DNA of 64,000 nucleotides. It comes from the human T2T-CHM13v2.0 reference genome, Homo sapiens. The stretch is from NCBI RefSeq assembly GCF_009914755.1, contig NC_060930.1; one strand, written 5' to 3'. The position numbers and the translations under genes were made by a program. Shown here one piece after another: positions 52,389-63,133 of this stretch; position 1 is the first letter of the stretch, and every line of letters starts with the position of its first letter. The notes under the pieces were generated by a model, which saw only the letters and a program-made list of their open reading frames with translations, was not told the origin of the DNA and made no database searches.

Positions 52389-53181
52389 GGATCCATGGGG
52401 TATTTCATAGTGTAACAGCCCTTTCAAAGTTTACTTTGAATGTACTTGTTTGATTATAATATAGTCTCAAAAATCTCAAAAGTCTAATGGACCTTGTAAA
52501 CTATTCAAATAAAAAATGAAGAGTAATATGTTTTTATACTTTTAATATTAGTTTTAGTTGATTATTTAAACCTTATATTTTAAAATAGGATTAATATTAA
52601 AATGAAGAAAAAGATAACATTTTACCACAATATAGAAATTCTTATACAATCTTTATCTGTGCACTACACTAAAATTATTAAATGTTTAACTTATACCATA
52701 TTAACTAAAATTGATAATAAACTATTTTTCCACTAGGTAAAGTATCACAGCAAGGCTTATTTCATTGGGATGTTTTATTTATTTGTATGTTGCTTTCGTG
52801 TATCAAAACATTAAGCAATACAGGATAAGTAATGCAAAGTGGAATATACATCAAAAAGTGTATTTTATTAAACATTAGTTTTATTTCTAAGTTTTTTATT
52901 CTGTGGCTGTATAAAGCACAGTCATGCATTACTTGCTCTATTAAATCTATTTGTCCGAATAAATTTTGCAAGGGAGGAGTAGAGACCAACACATAATATA
53001 AGATTAAGAAGATTTTATTTATTTGTTGAATTTCCGAATCATTTAGCTTTATTTTGGAACAAGAGACGCAAAGACTGTCACTTATGCTCAAAGTGTAACA
53101 TAAAATATTGCCAAGTTTGAATTTCATGATGATTTATTACGAATATATTTGCTTCCTCTTTTTATAATCCCCTTTAAATAA

Positions 53182-53283
53182 CATAATGTGTTGAATTAAT
53201 AAATTATCCATTTACTAAAAAATCAGTAAGTTATCCATAATGTATTGAATTTATAAATTATCCATATTAATAAATTATCCATG
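53182..53283. repeat. Degenerate tandem repeat (ttatccat x4)
   Basis: Near-identical 30-mers at 53182-53211 and 53236-53265 plus extra partial copies. Confidence 0.75.
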
Positions 53284-53610
53284 CCTGAATTGACTTTGCT
53301 AATAACCTCTTTATAACAACTTTAATCCTCATAATCAATGGGACTAAATAAAACAATTTTACCAAGTTGTACATTTGACAAGAACATTATGTAAGCATAC
53401 ACAATCTGTGTATAGAAGATAATGGCTATAACACAAACTGGCTTTACCTTCCAAAAGAATTTTGGTTATAAGTGTGTCAGTTGAGAAAAATGACGAGACA
53501 GGTCTCAGTCATTTTAGGAGGTTTATTTGCCAAAGTTAAGGATGCACTCCCAGAAGACAAGTCTATCCCTTTCTCTGAAGATGGTTTTTAGGGCTCCAAA
53601 TTTAAAGGGA

Positions 53611-53677
53611 GGAAGGAAGGAATTGAACCCCAAAAACTGGTTTCAAGCCAATCTCATAACTTCTATGACTTTTTCCA
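53611..53677 (-). tRNA. MT-TS1: mt-tRNA-Ser(UCN) pseudogene (NUMT)
   Basis: ggaaggaattgaacccc...ctggtttcaagcca; TGA anticodon on the minus strand. Confidence 0.85.
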
Positions 53678-53678
53678 T

Positions 53679-53747
53679 GAGATATTGGTAAAACCATTAA
53701 ATAACTTTGTCAAAGTTAATTTATAGGTTAAAACCCTATGTGTCTTA
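53679..53747 (+). tRNA. MT-TD: mt-tRNA-Asp pseudogene (NUMT)
   Basis: Anticodon arm taactttGTCaaagtta. Confidence 0.88.
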
Positions 53748-54434
53748 ATGGCTCATCCATTTCAATTAGGTCTTCAAGATGCTATATCTCCTATTATAGA
53801 AGAATTACTTAATTTTCATGACCACACTCTTATAATTGTTTTCCTAATCAGTTCTCCGGTTTTCTATATTATTTCCCTCATAGTGACAACAGAATTAACA
53901 CACACTAGTACTACAGATGCCCATGAAGTAGAAGCTATATGGAATATCTTACCTGCCTGCTATTATCCTAATTTTAATTGTCCTCCCATCTCAACATATC
54001 CTATATATGACAGATGAAATTAATAAACCCTTTCTCACTGTCAAAACAATTGGCCATCAGTGATATTGAATTTATGAATATACAGATTATGAGGACTTAG
54101 GCTTCGATTCTTACATAATCCCTACAACAGACTTAAAACCAGGAGAACTACGACTCCTCAAAGTTGACAATCGAGTAATTCTCCCAATAGAAATTCCTAT
54201 TGTGTATTAATTTCATCAGAAGATGTTTTACACTCATGAGCTGTCCCATCACTGGGCCTCAAAACAGATGCCATCCCCAGGCGCTTAAACCGAATGACCT
54301 TGATCACCACATGGCCAGGCCTTTACTATGACCAATGCTCAGAAATCTGTGGACCCAACCACAGCTTTATACCCATTGTTCCAGAAATGGTCCCCCTAAA
54401 ATGCTTTGAAACCTGATCTATATCCATACTCCAA
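53748..54434 (+). pseudogene. MT-CO2: COX2 pseudogene (NUMT)
   Basis: [12 protein letters not shown]...FHDH; CuA motif CSEICGPNH; frameshift at cctgcctgc ~53952. Confidence 0.96.
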
Positions 54435-54437
54435 TGT

Positions 54438-54505
54438 CACTGTAAAGCTAATTAGCATTAACCTTTTAAGTTAAAGATTGAGGATTCTAAACTCCCCTGC
54501 AGTAA
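54438..54505 (+). tRNA. MT-TK: mt-tRNA-Lys pseudogene (NUMT)
   Basis: cactgtaaagctaattagcattaaccTTTtaagttaa. Confidence 0.88.
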
Positions 54506-54506
54506 A

Positions 54507-54710
54507 ATGCCCCAACTAGACACATCCATGTGACTCATTACTATTTTATCCATAATCATAACTCTATTCGTCATTTTTCAATTAAAAGTCTCAAGTTTTA
54601 TTTACCCTTTGAATCCCACACCAAAAGCAATTAAGATGCAAAAACACTCAACACCTTGAGAATTAAAATAAATGAAAATTTATTTGCCTCGTTCATTACC
54701 CCAATAAATA
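54507..54710 (+). pseudogene. MT-ATP8: ATP8 pseudogene (NUMT)
   Basis: MPQLDTS start; overlaps ATP6. Confidence 0.9.
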
Positions 54711-55359
54711 TTAAGTCTACCTATGGCAATCTTAATTATTTTATTTCCCACTATGCTACTTCCCACCCTTAGCCATTTAGTCAACAACCAACTGACCTCT
54801 ATTCAACAGTGACTAATCCAACTTGTATTTAAACAAATAATAACAATGCATAATATCAAGAGACGAACCTGATCCCTTATGTTAATTTCCCTGATTCTCT
54901 TTATTGGTTCAACTAATCTTCTTGGACTTCTACCTCATTCATTTACACCAACTACTCAATTATCAATAAACTAAGGGATAGCAATTCCTTTGTGAGCTGG
55001 AGCAGTGATCACCAGCTTCCACTTTAAGACAAAAGCTTTCTTAACCCACTTCCTACCATTTCCTACCACAAGGCACACCTATCCCACTTATCCCCATATT
55101 AGTAATCATTGATACTATTAGCCTATTCATTAAACCAACAGCACTAGCTGTATGATTAACGGCCAACATTACAGCCGTCCACCTACTAATGCACTTAATT
55201 GGAGGAGCTACTCTGGTATTATCAACTATTAGTTTATCCACAGCTTCAATTACATTTATTATTCTAGCTTTACTAACCATCCTCGATTTTGCTGTAGCCC
55301 TTATTCTAGCCTATGTCTTTACACTCCTAGTAAGCCTCTGCCTACATGACAACACATAA
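54668..55359 (+). pseudogene. MT-ATP6: ATP6 pseudogene (NUMT)
   Basis: NENLFASF start, [21 protein letters not shown], ends HDNT*. Confidence 0.95.
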
Positions 55360-56146
55360 TGATCCACCAAACTCACGCTTACCACATAGTTAACCTTAGC
55401 CTCTGACCGCTAATGGGAGCCCTTTCAGCACTACTGATAACATCCGGCCTAGCCACATGATTTCATTTTAACTCTACTCCCCTCCTGACTAACTCTAGGC
55501 CTATTAACCAATACATTAACAATACATCAATGATGATGTGATGTTATCCAAGAAGGCACATTCCAAGGCCACCATACATCAATCGTCCAAAAAGGCCTTC
55601 GATACAGAATAATCTTATTCGTTATTTCAGAGGTGTTTTTTTCCGCTGGCTTCTTCTGAGCATTCTACCATTCTAGCCTAGCCCCGACTCCAGAACTAGG
55701 GAGATGCTGGCCTCCAACAGGCATTTACCCTCTTAACTCTCTAGAAGTCCCTCTCCTTAATACATCTGTTTTACTTCCACCTGGAGTTTCAATTACTTGG
55801 GCTCACCACAACTTAATAGAAGGTAACCAAAGACACATACTTTAGGCACTGTCCATCACAATTGCCCTAGGTATTTACTTTACACTTCTATAAGCCTTAG
55901 AGTATTTCGAAGCCCCTTTCACTATCTCTGGCGGGGTTTACGTCTCAACATTCTTCATAGCTACAGGCTTTCACAGGCTTCATGTTATTATTGGATCAAC
56001 ATTTCTTACTGTCTCTCTATTCCGCCAACTAAAATTTCACCTTACATCCTACCACTATTTTGAATTTGAAGCCACTGCCTGGTACTGGCACTTTGTAGAC
56101 ATAGTATGTCTATTCCTATATGTTTCTATCTATTGATGAGGATCTT
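55359..56146 (+). pseudogene. MT-CO3: COX3 pseudogene (NUMT)
   Basis: MIHQTHAYH start; WYWHFVD; YWWGS end; internal stops. Confidence 0.95.
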
Positions 56147-56217
56147 ACTCTTTTAGCACAAAATAGTACAATTGATTTCCAATCAATTAGCTTTGGTATT
56201 ATGTGAAAAAAAGAGTA
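56147..56217 (+). tRNA. MT-TG: mt-tRNA-Gly pseudogene (NUMT)
   Basis: Anticodon arm attgattTCCaatcaat. Confidence 0.87.
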
Positions 56218-56562
56218 ATTAATCTAACATTAGCCCTAGCAACTGACACCTTACTGACACTCTTACTAGTAACAATCACATTTTGACTCCTACAACTTAA
56301 CATCTATACAGAAAAATCCAGCCCCTAAGAATGTGGGTTTCACCCAATAGGCTCTACCCGCCTCCCCTTTTCCATGAAATTTTTCCTAGTAGCCACACAT
56401 TTCTCCTCTTTGATCTAGAAATTGCCCTACTACTACCCCTACCATGAGCTTTTCAGACAACTGACCTAAAATTAATAATTAGTACAGCCCTCATATTAAT
56501 TATCATTTAAATCTTAGGCTTAGCCTATGAATGAACCTAAAAAGGATTAGAATGAACTGAGT
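56218..56562 (+). pseudogene. MT-ND3: ND3 pseudogene (NUMT)
   Basis: EKSSP*ECGF, FLLFDLEIALLLPLPW, KGLEWTE. Confidence 0.93.
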
Positions 56563-56629
56563 TGATAATTAGTTTAAGTCAAAATAAATGATTTCGACTC
56601 ATTAAATTATGATAGATTATAATTACCAA
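56563..56629 (+). tRNA. MT-TR: mt-tRNA-Arg pseudogene (NUMT)
   Basis: Anticodon arm aatgattTCGactcatt. Confidence 0.87.
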
Positions 56630-56926
56630 ATGCCCTCTATTTATATTAACATTACATTACCTTTTATTATGTCTTTAATAGGGGTAATAATCTATCGATC
56701 CCACCTGATATCGTCCCTATTATGCCTAGAAGGCATAATACTATCAACATTTATCATAAGTACTCTCATAACTTTAAACATACATTTTACACTAGCATCC
56801 ATAATACCTATTATCCTTTTAGTTTTGGTAGCCTGTGAAGCCGCTGTAGGTTTAGTCTTACTGGTTATGTCCTCCAGTACCTATGGTCTAGATTATGTAC
56901 AAAGCCTGAATTTACTCCAATGTTAA
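56630..56926 (+). pseudogene. MT-ND4L: ND4L pseudogene (NUMT); reading frame fully open, 98 codons
   Basis: MPSIYINI...SSLLCLEG...ACEAAVGL...[14 protein letters not shown]. Confidence 0.95.
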
Positions 56927-57875
56927 AAATTATTATCCCAACTATTATACTACTTCCAATAACATCTTGCTCTAAGAACTCTATAATCTGAATTAATACA
57001 GCCTCCCACAGTTGACTCATCAGTCTCATCAGCCTGCTATTCTTCAACCAATTTAATGGTGATTCATCCAACTTCTTATTAACTTTCTTTCCTGATCCAC
57101 TGTCATCACCCCTTCTAATTCTGGTTACTGAATTCTAATACTGGTTACTGCCCCTTATAATTTTAGCAAGCCAATATCATCTATCCAAAGAATCACTCCT
57201 GCAAAAAAAGCTTTATATCTTAATGTTAGTTTCTTTACAGATATCTTTAATTATAACATTCACAGCCACAGAACTAATCACATCTTATATTCTCTTTGAA
57301 GCCACGCTAGTCCCCACCCTAATTATTATTACTCGTTGAGGTAATCAAACAGAACGCCTTAACGCAGACTTATACTTCTTATTTTATACACTGGTAGGAT
57401 CCTTACCTTTGCTCGTAGCACTTATCTATATTCAAAATGCATTCAGCTTACTAAACATATTAGTAACAACATATACTTCCCAAGAATTGGCAACCTCCTG
57501 ATCCAGCAACCTTCTATGACTAGCATACATCATGGCATTTTTGGTAAAAATGCCTCTCTCTGGACTCCACCTGTGACTCCCTGAAGCCCACGTAGAAGCC
57601 CCCATTGCCGGCTCAATAGTACTTGCAGCAGTACTCCTAAAATAAGGCGGCTACGGAATGATATGGCTCACTCTAATCTTTAATCCCATGACAGAATACA
57701 TAGCCTACTCTTTCCTCATACTATCCCTATGGGGAATAATCATGACAGGCTCCATTTGTCTACGCCAAACCGATCTAAAGTCACTCATTGCTTACTCCTC
57801 CATAAGCCACATGGCACTCGTTATGGTAGCTATTCTCATTCAGGCAGCCTGAAGTTTTATAGGCACAACGGCCTA
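56920..57875 (+). pseudogene. MT-ND4: ND4 pseudogene, 3'-truncated (NUMT)
   Basis: MLKIIIPT start; [24 protein letters not shown]; AHVEAPIAGS; [13 protein letters not shown]. Confidence 0.95.
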
Positions 57876-59374
57876 TATAAAATGCTAGATGTTGAGAAGT
57901 ACACAATTTTCATGTAAGAGGGGACTAGAAAGAACATATTCTTGCTTTCGTCTGACTCAGTGAATCTGCATTTTTACATAAGGTAGCATAGACAAATAGG
58001 GGAAAATGCAGGGATTCTGTGTTTTTACATAAGCCAACAAAGATAAGTGGGGCAGGGGAACAATCAGATATGCGTTTGTGCCACGTGGGCAGAGGGGTGA
58101 CTGCATCTGTAAAGATATAAGCTATCCATTTACAGTGCCATGGTGAATTTTAACAGAAATACTATAGGGTAAATATCTTGGAGCTCACTAAGAATTTCCT
58201 TGTGGGCAAAATAGGAGGAAGGTGTGTAGCTTCTCATCTTGTAACCACTTTATTTAGGAACAAAAAGGGAGAGGCAGGTTTGCGTGACCCACTTCCCAGC
58301 TTAACTGTTCCCTTTGGCTTAATGAGTCTGGGGTCCCAAGATTTATTTTCCTTCACAAGTGTATGTCGTTAGAGAATGTGAAAGAAACATTGGCAATCCT
58401 CAACACCAAGAAGTCTATATACAAATAAGAACTTTGCATCGGGATAATATTGTATGTTAATGCTTTTAATTCTCCAGGGATGATTGAATAATAAAGATTA
58501 CTAGTTTAAAATAAAGCATCTTAACTACAAGACAGAAAACTTTAAAATGTTATACATGCTGGAATATGAATTATTTTTCTTCAGAAAGAATGACTTCATT
58601 TTAATTTAATTTCACAGGAAGAACTGAGGTTTAAATACAATAGCTACCTCATCCACTTCAAAAGATTATTGAAAGAATCAATTAAGACAACATCTGACTT
58701 CATATTTGAAAAATAAAGGAAGACTTATAAACAGAAAGTACCATGGAAAGTAATTTTTTTTCATAATTATATGAACAATTGTCTTATTCATTCTAAAGGC
58801 ATTCAATTAAAGGAAGTCCAGATAAAATGAAAATCAGTCCATTTTACACTGCTTATCAGCGAAAAATAATGCACATGTTTCTAGCAATGATTTGATTAAA
58901 CAATTTGAAAGGCTTTCAATAAATATGAATAGCGAAGAGTTTTTTATCCAAGACAAATGATAAAGATGATCGCTTGCCACTCTTATTTTGCGATTGATAT
59001 TTCTACCAACAAAAGAAATTATTTCAGCAGTGCCCACATTTTTCAAGCATATCTTCTTGGTGAACTATGAGTCAGACAATGCTAGCTTATTCTTATTAAT
59101 CAAATTTCATATAATGTCAATGTCAACTACTATGATTAATAATGTTCAAGTTGCCACAGTAATCTGGAAAAATAGACCTGATATTTTAAAATAATCTCTT
59201 GGACTATCAAACATTCTTTTAGTTAAAAATAAATCTTAATATTTGAATCAGTAATCAATATTTAAGTCTCCTTTTCACTCTGTATAGATATTTATTGTTT
59301 TAATTATAACATAATACATCAATTTTAAAAATTATATTTTAAATAATAATTGTTCAAAATATCTTATTTAAAAC

Positions 59375-59750
59375 TGTCTTATTCAGTTCAGGCTGCTATA
59401 ACAAAAATACCATAGACTGAGTGGTGTAAACCACAAATGTTTATTTCTCACAGTTCTGGAGGCTGGGAAGTTCAAGGCTTTCAACATCAAGGTGAATATT
59501 GATTATATTCCTAGTGAAGGCCCTCTTCCTAGTTTCCAGATGGAAGTCTTGTTGTGTCCTCACATGGAAGAGATTGGAGGGAAGTGAATTCTCTTGTGAC
59601 TTTTCTTTATGAGGGCACTAATCCCATCATGAGAGCTCAGCTCTCATGACCCAATTGCCTTCCAATGGCCCCATCTCCAAATAACACCACATTGAGGATT
59701 AAGGTTTCAGAATATAAATTTGGGGAAACACAAACATTCAAGCCATAGCG
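59375..59750 (-). mobile_element. MLT1A-type MaLR solo LTR
   Basis: caggctgctataacaaaaataccatagactg...cacagttctggaggctggg...acaaacattcaagccatagc. Confidence 0.87.
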
Positions 59751-59799
59751 ACAATTAAACAAAATTTTAAATGCTATCAGACAGATTCAACTCAGCTGA

Positions 59800-60727
59800 A
59801 GATCTTGTTATTTATTTGCCAGCTATCTGACACTCAGTGGTTTGCTTCTAACATGCAAAGTGATGGGATGTTTCATTCAAGATTAGGTAATAAAAGATGG
59901 TAGTTTTCATCTGGCTTGCATATTCCCTCTCTCCAGTCTCTGTCTCTGTCTCAGTCTGTGTCTCTCTCTCTCTGTGGCTCTTCTTTCATGCTTACTCCGA
60001 TAAAGCAAGATGTGTTATGAGCTGCTGTATGAAGAAGTCCACATAGCAAGAAACTGAAGGAGGGCTTCTTACCAACAGACAGATAAGTACTGAGGACCCC
60101 CCTCTAACAACCATTAAGGAACTACCAAAAACCATATGTGAGTGATCTTGGAAGTGAAGCCTTCCCCAGTCAAGTATTCAGACAGCTGCAGCCACCATTT
60201 GGATTCAGTTTTTTGAAGCAGAAGATTTATTCAACTAAGATATGCCTGGATTTATGACCCACAGATTGTTAATATATCTTAGTTAATTCAGGCTGCTACA
60301 AAAACTGCCATAAACTAAGTAGTTTATTAAAAAACATAAATTTATTTTTCATAGTTCTGGAACTAGGATGTCCCAGATCAAGGCAGCAACAGATTTGGTG
60401 TCTCAGGAGGAGGAACTGCTTCCTCATAGACACTGCCTTCATACCATGTACCATGTACCATGTCCATACACAGTTGGAGGGGTTAGCTAGCTCTCTGAGG
60501 TCTCTTTTATAAGGGTACTAATTCCATTCTTGAAGGTTCTACTATCATGAACTAGTCACCTCCCAAAGACTCCACCTCCTAATATTGCCACCTTAGGGGT
60601 TAATATTGCAACATCTGAATTTGGGGGGATGTAAACATTTATATCATAGCATAAGCTAATAAATATGTATTATTTTAAGCTGTTAAATTTGTCATAATTT
60701 GCTGTATAGCCAGTAGATAACTAATAC
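59800..60727 (+). mobile_element. MLT1E/F-type LTR interrupted by MLT1A
   Basis: gtgagtgatcttggaagtg; end tattttaagctgttaaatt...gtagataactaatac. Confidence 0.7.
60274..60651 (-). mobile_element. MLT1A-type LTR (nested)
   Basis: ttcaggctgctacaaaaactgccataaact...ggtctcttttataaggg...tgaatttgggggg. Confidence 0.85.
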
Positions 60728-60739
60728 TATCATGGTAAT

Positions 60740-61140
60740 TAAAAATACAAATAGATGGCAGAAAAAATACAAATAGATCATTAATCACAGTAAATGTTAC
60801 TGGAGTAAGCTAATTTACTGAGCAAAAGAGATTGAGAGAGGATGCGCAAGAGAGATTAGAATCTAGCTATATGAAGCTTACAGAAGTCATGTTTTGTGGA
60901 AAAAAATATACATGTTGAAAATAAAGGAATGGAAAAAATCATAGCAATTATTATACCTAGAAAACACTAAACAACAAAAAAACTATATATGATATTCATA
61001 TCAGATATTATATTATACAAAATGTATTTATTTCAAGATAAACCCTAAATAATAATAAAAGGAAAAATCTGCTGAAAACTAAAAATAGGCAAGAAAATAA
61101 CATTATGTATAAAGTATATAAAGCAGAAATTAATAAATGT
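60740..61140 (+). mobile_element. Degraded L1M ORF2-5' fragment
   Basis: atgttgaaaataaaggaatggaaaaaa; atattcatatcagata. Confidence 0.5.
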
Positions 61141-61144
61141 GGCA

Positions 61145-61633
61145 TGTGGGAAATGAAAGCTATTAGATGGGAGCTGGTCTGGCACTAACAGCTGGACCAC
61201 AGTGTTTTCCTGTTGATGATAAACAATTTCACAGAATACCCGCACCAGACAAGATTGCAATGCACCAACCACAAAACTGATCAAACATGCCTCTCTCTTG
61301 GCTAGTGTGAAAAATTTTTGCTTCTTTGCTAATTAGTGTTTAGCTCCAGTTCATTCATCCTGCCTTCTAGATAAAAAATATAAGGGTTCAATGATAGAAC
61401 TGCCTCCACTTTTAATATGATGCAATCCTGAGAAAAACCACTATTGTTTGAATTGTTCTACAAATCATTAACACAAGTTCAAATTCTGTAGCACACCCCT
61501 CCTAACATCCTATTACTGAGATACCACATCATTGCCGTAGTATGACGTCTCTCTCATTGCAATGAGTCAACAAGCCCACATTTATTTGACTATAGATTTG
61601 TTCCTGGTGGTCTTTGGATGAAGGGTATCAACA
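61145..61633 (+). mobile_element. ERV1 solo LTR (MER34/MER39-like)
   Basis: TG...CA termini; ctgccttctagataa; cattgcaatgagtcaacaagccc; cctggtggtctttgg. Confidence 0.65.
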
Positions 61634-61714
61634 ATACCTTTTGATATTTAACAGTTAAGGCTGACAATAATATCCATGATCTATTTTTAGCAATTTATCA
61701 TCAGTAAGCAAGGT

Positions 61715-61770
61715 ACCTTTAAAAGCAGAAAAACCTTTAAAAGTAGAAAATACCTTTAAAAGTAGAAAAA
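61715..61770. repeat. 18-19-bp tandem repeat x3
   Basis: acctttaaaag(c/t)agaaaa units. Confidence 0.85.
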
Positions 61771-62539
61771 ACAAAAATTATAATTAATGCAAATTGTGGC
61801 ATCTGAGCTTTCTAATAAAAGTTGCCTATCAAACCTTCAGTCCTTACATAAAAAAGTTGATGAGGTGCTAATACATGCTTTAGGATTTAATAAGTTTAAA
61901 CTCGATCAACATTAACCAGTTTCTTGATGAATAATAAAAACGTTACCATTTTTCTAAAATTTTGCAAAACATATTTTAGAGACATCAGCATTAATTAAGT
62001 TTAAATCAGCTAATTTTGGAAGTTGCTGGAAGCTTGCAGGTTCAATTTACCTTGTATTCTCTTTTCTTCTTCAACATTTTCTGTGACTCTACAAATGATT
62101 TACCAACAGAATAAAATGGCATGTTATTTGTCCCTATGTATTTATGTTAATTTCCTTTTTTTAAGTTTAAAGATTCATATTAAGTAAATTATATACGGGA
62201 CTCAGATATTATGGTACAGTTCATGGTAGTAGCATAGCCATGATTATTCTAGACTTTAATGTGTCTCCATAATAGCTTACTCTAAAGCCAATAATTTTTC
62301 ACATTTTTTCTAAGCATTTAAAAAATAAAATTGAGATGAGTTATCTAGTGAGACTTTTTCCAATTGATTCTGTCTAAAATGTATTTTAATATGTTTCTAA
62401 ATTTAACAAGTGAAAGTTTTCATAATTAACCTGTATCTCAATTTTTATGTAGTTTAAAATTTATTTTTAATATCTGTTTACATTTAACAACTAAGAAAAC
62501 AAGATTTTATACATTAATTGAGACCCTCAGCATAAAATC

Positions 62540-63133
62540 CAAACAGTTCTGCTGCAACCTGACATGAACTCCTAAAAATTTCCACTCTAGGCAAAATCAA
62601 TAATAAAATTTTAGAGAGAATAAGGAAAAATGGGCTTCGGAGCATAACACCAAACAACTTTGTGATATATAAAAAAGAGGAAAAGAAAGTAATAAAAACT
62701 TTAGCATAATTTTACATATTTGATTGTTTAAAAATACATAACTAATATAGTAAATATAACATTTTACTTGGTGAAAAATTGGAAGTGGGTATCTGAGGGA
62801 TTACGGGTTACGAATTTTTGTGAAGTGATGGAGGAGGGTTATCTGAAATCAGATAGAAATTTCCAGCACCAGATATGGATGGGCGTGGCTCAAAATATGC
62901 ACAATGAACTGAGGTAGCTAGTAGGTGTTTGAGGTGAGTACATGTGTGTTTCTTATGTGTTTCTATGCCTTGGATTCATCCAGGTACAGTTTTTTGGTTC
63001 ACAGTATTTCTTGCAGATAAAATCAAGCATAAGTAAACATGAAATTCAAGTTATGCTCAAATGGTTCCCTAATATATTAGTCACATTGGACCAAATTTGT
63101 TTTCAAAATAGGAATTAAGGCAAAACTGACTGT
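62540..63133. mobile_element. Tigger13a-like DNA transposon
   Basis: Left cagttctgctgcaac...cctaaaaat; right gttatgctcaaatggttccctaatatat...gcaaaactgactg-TA. Confidence 0.6.

Larger units (their letters stand above)
53611..57875 (+). pseudogene. NUMT (~4.26 kb nuclear mitochondrial segment, tRNA-Ser(UCN) to mid-ND4)
   Basis: Colinear vertebrate mtDNA gene order with frameshifts and stops. Confidence 0.98.
53475..58357 (-). mobile_element. MER4-group ERV1 solo LTR split by the NUMT (pieces 53475-53610 and ~57876-58357)
   Basis: TG...CA termini; 4-bp TSD AGTG at 53471-53474 and 58358-58361; termini similar to the LTR at 51918. Confidence 0.9.

Noticed and set aside
53182-53283. TTATCCAT repeats resembling DnaA boxes or a CRISPR-like array
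   Set aside because: Eukaryotic AT-rich slippage repeat; irregular spacing, no unique spacers, no cas genes.
53611-57875. Real mitochondrial DNA, contamination or a functional respiratory operon
   Set aside because: Multiple stops and frameshifts even in the mitochondrial code; embedded in a nuclear LTR with TSD.
51918-58357. A provirus that captured mitochondrial genes between two LTRs
   Set aside because: The LTRs are in opposite orientation, and the NUMT lies inside a single solo LTR with its own TSD; no gag/pol sequence.
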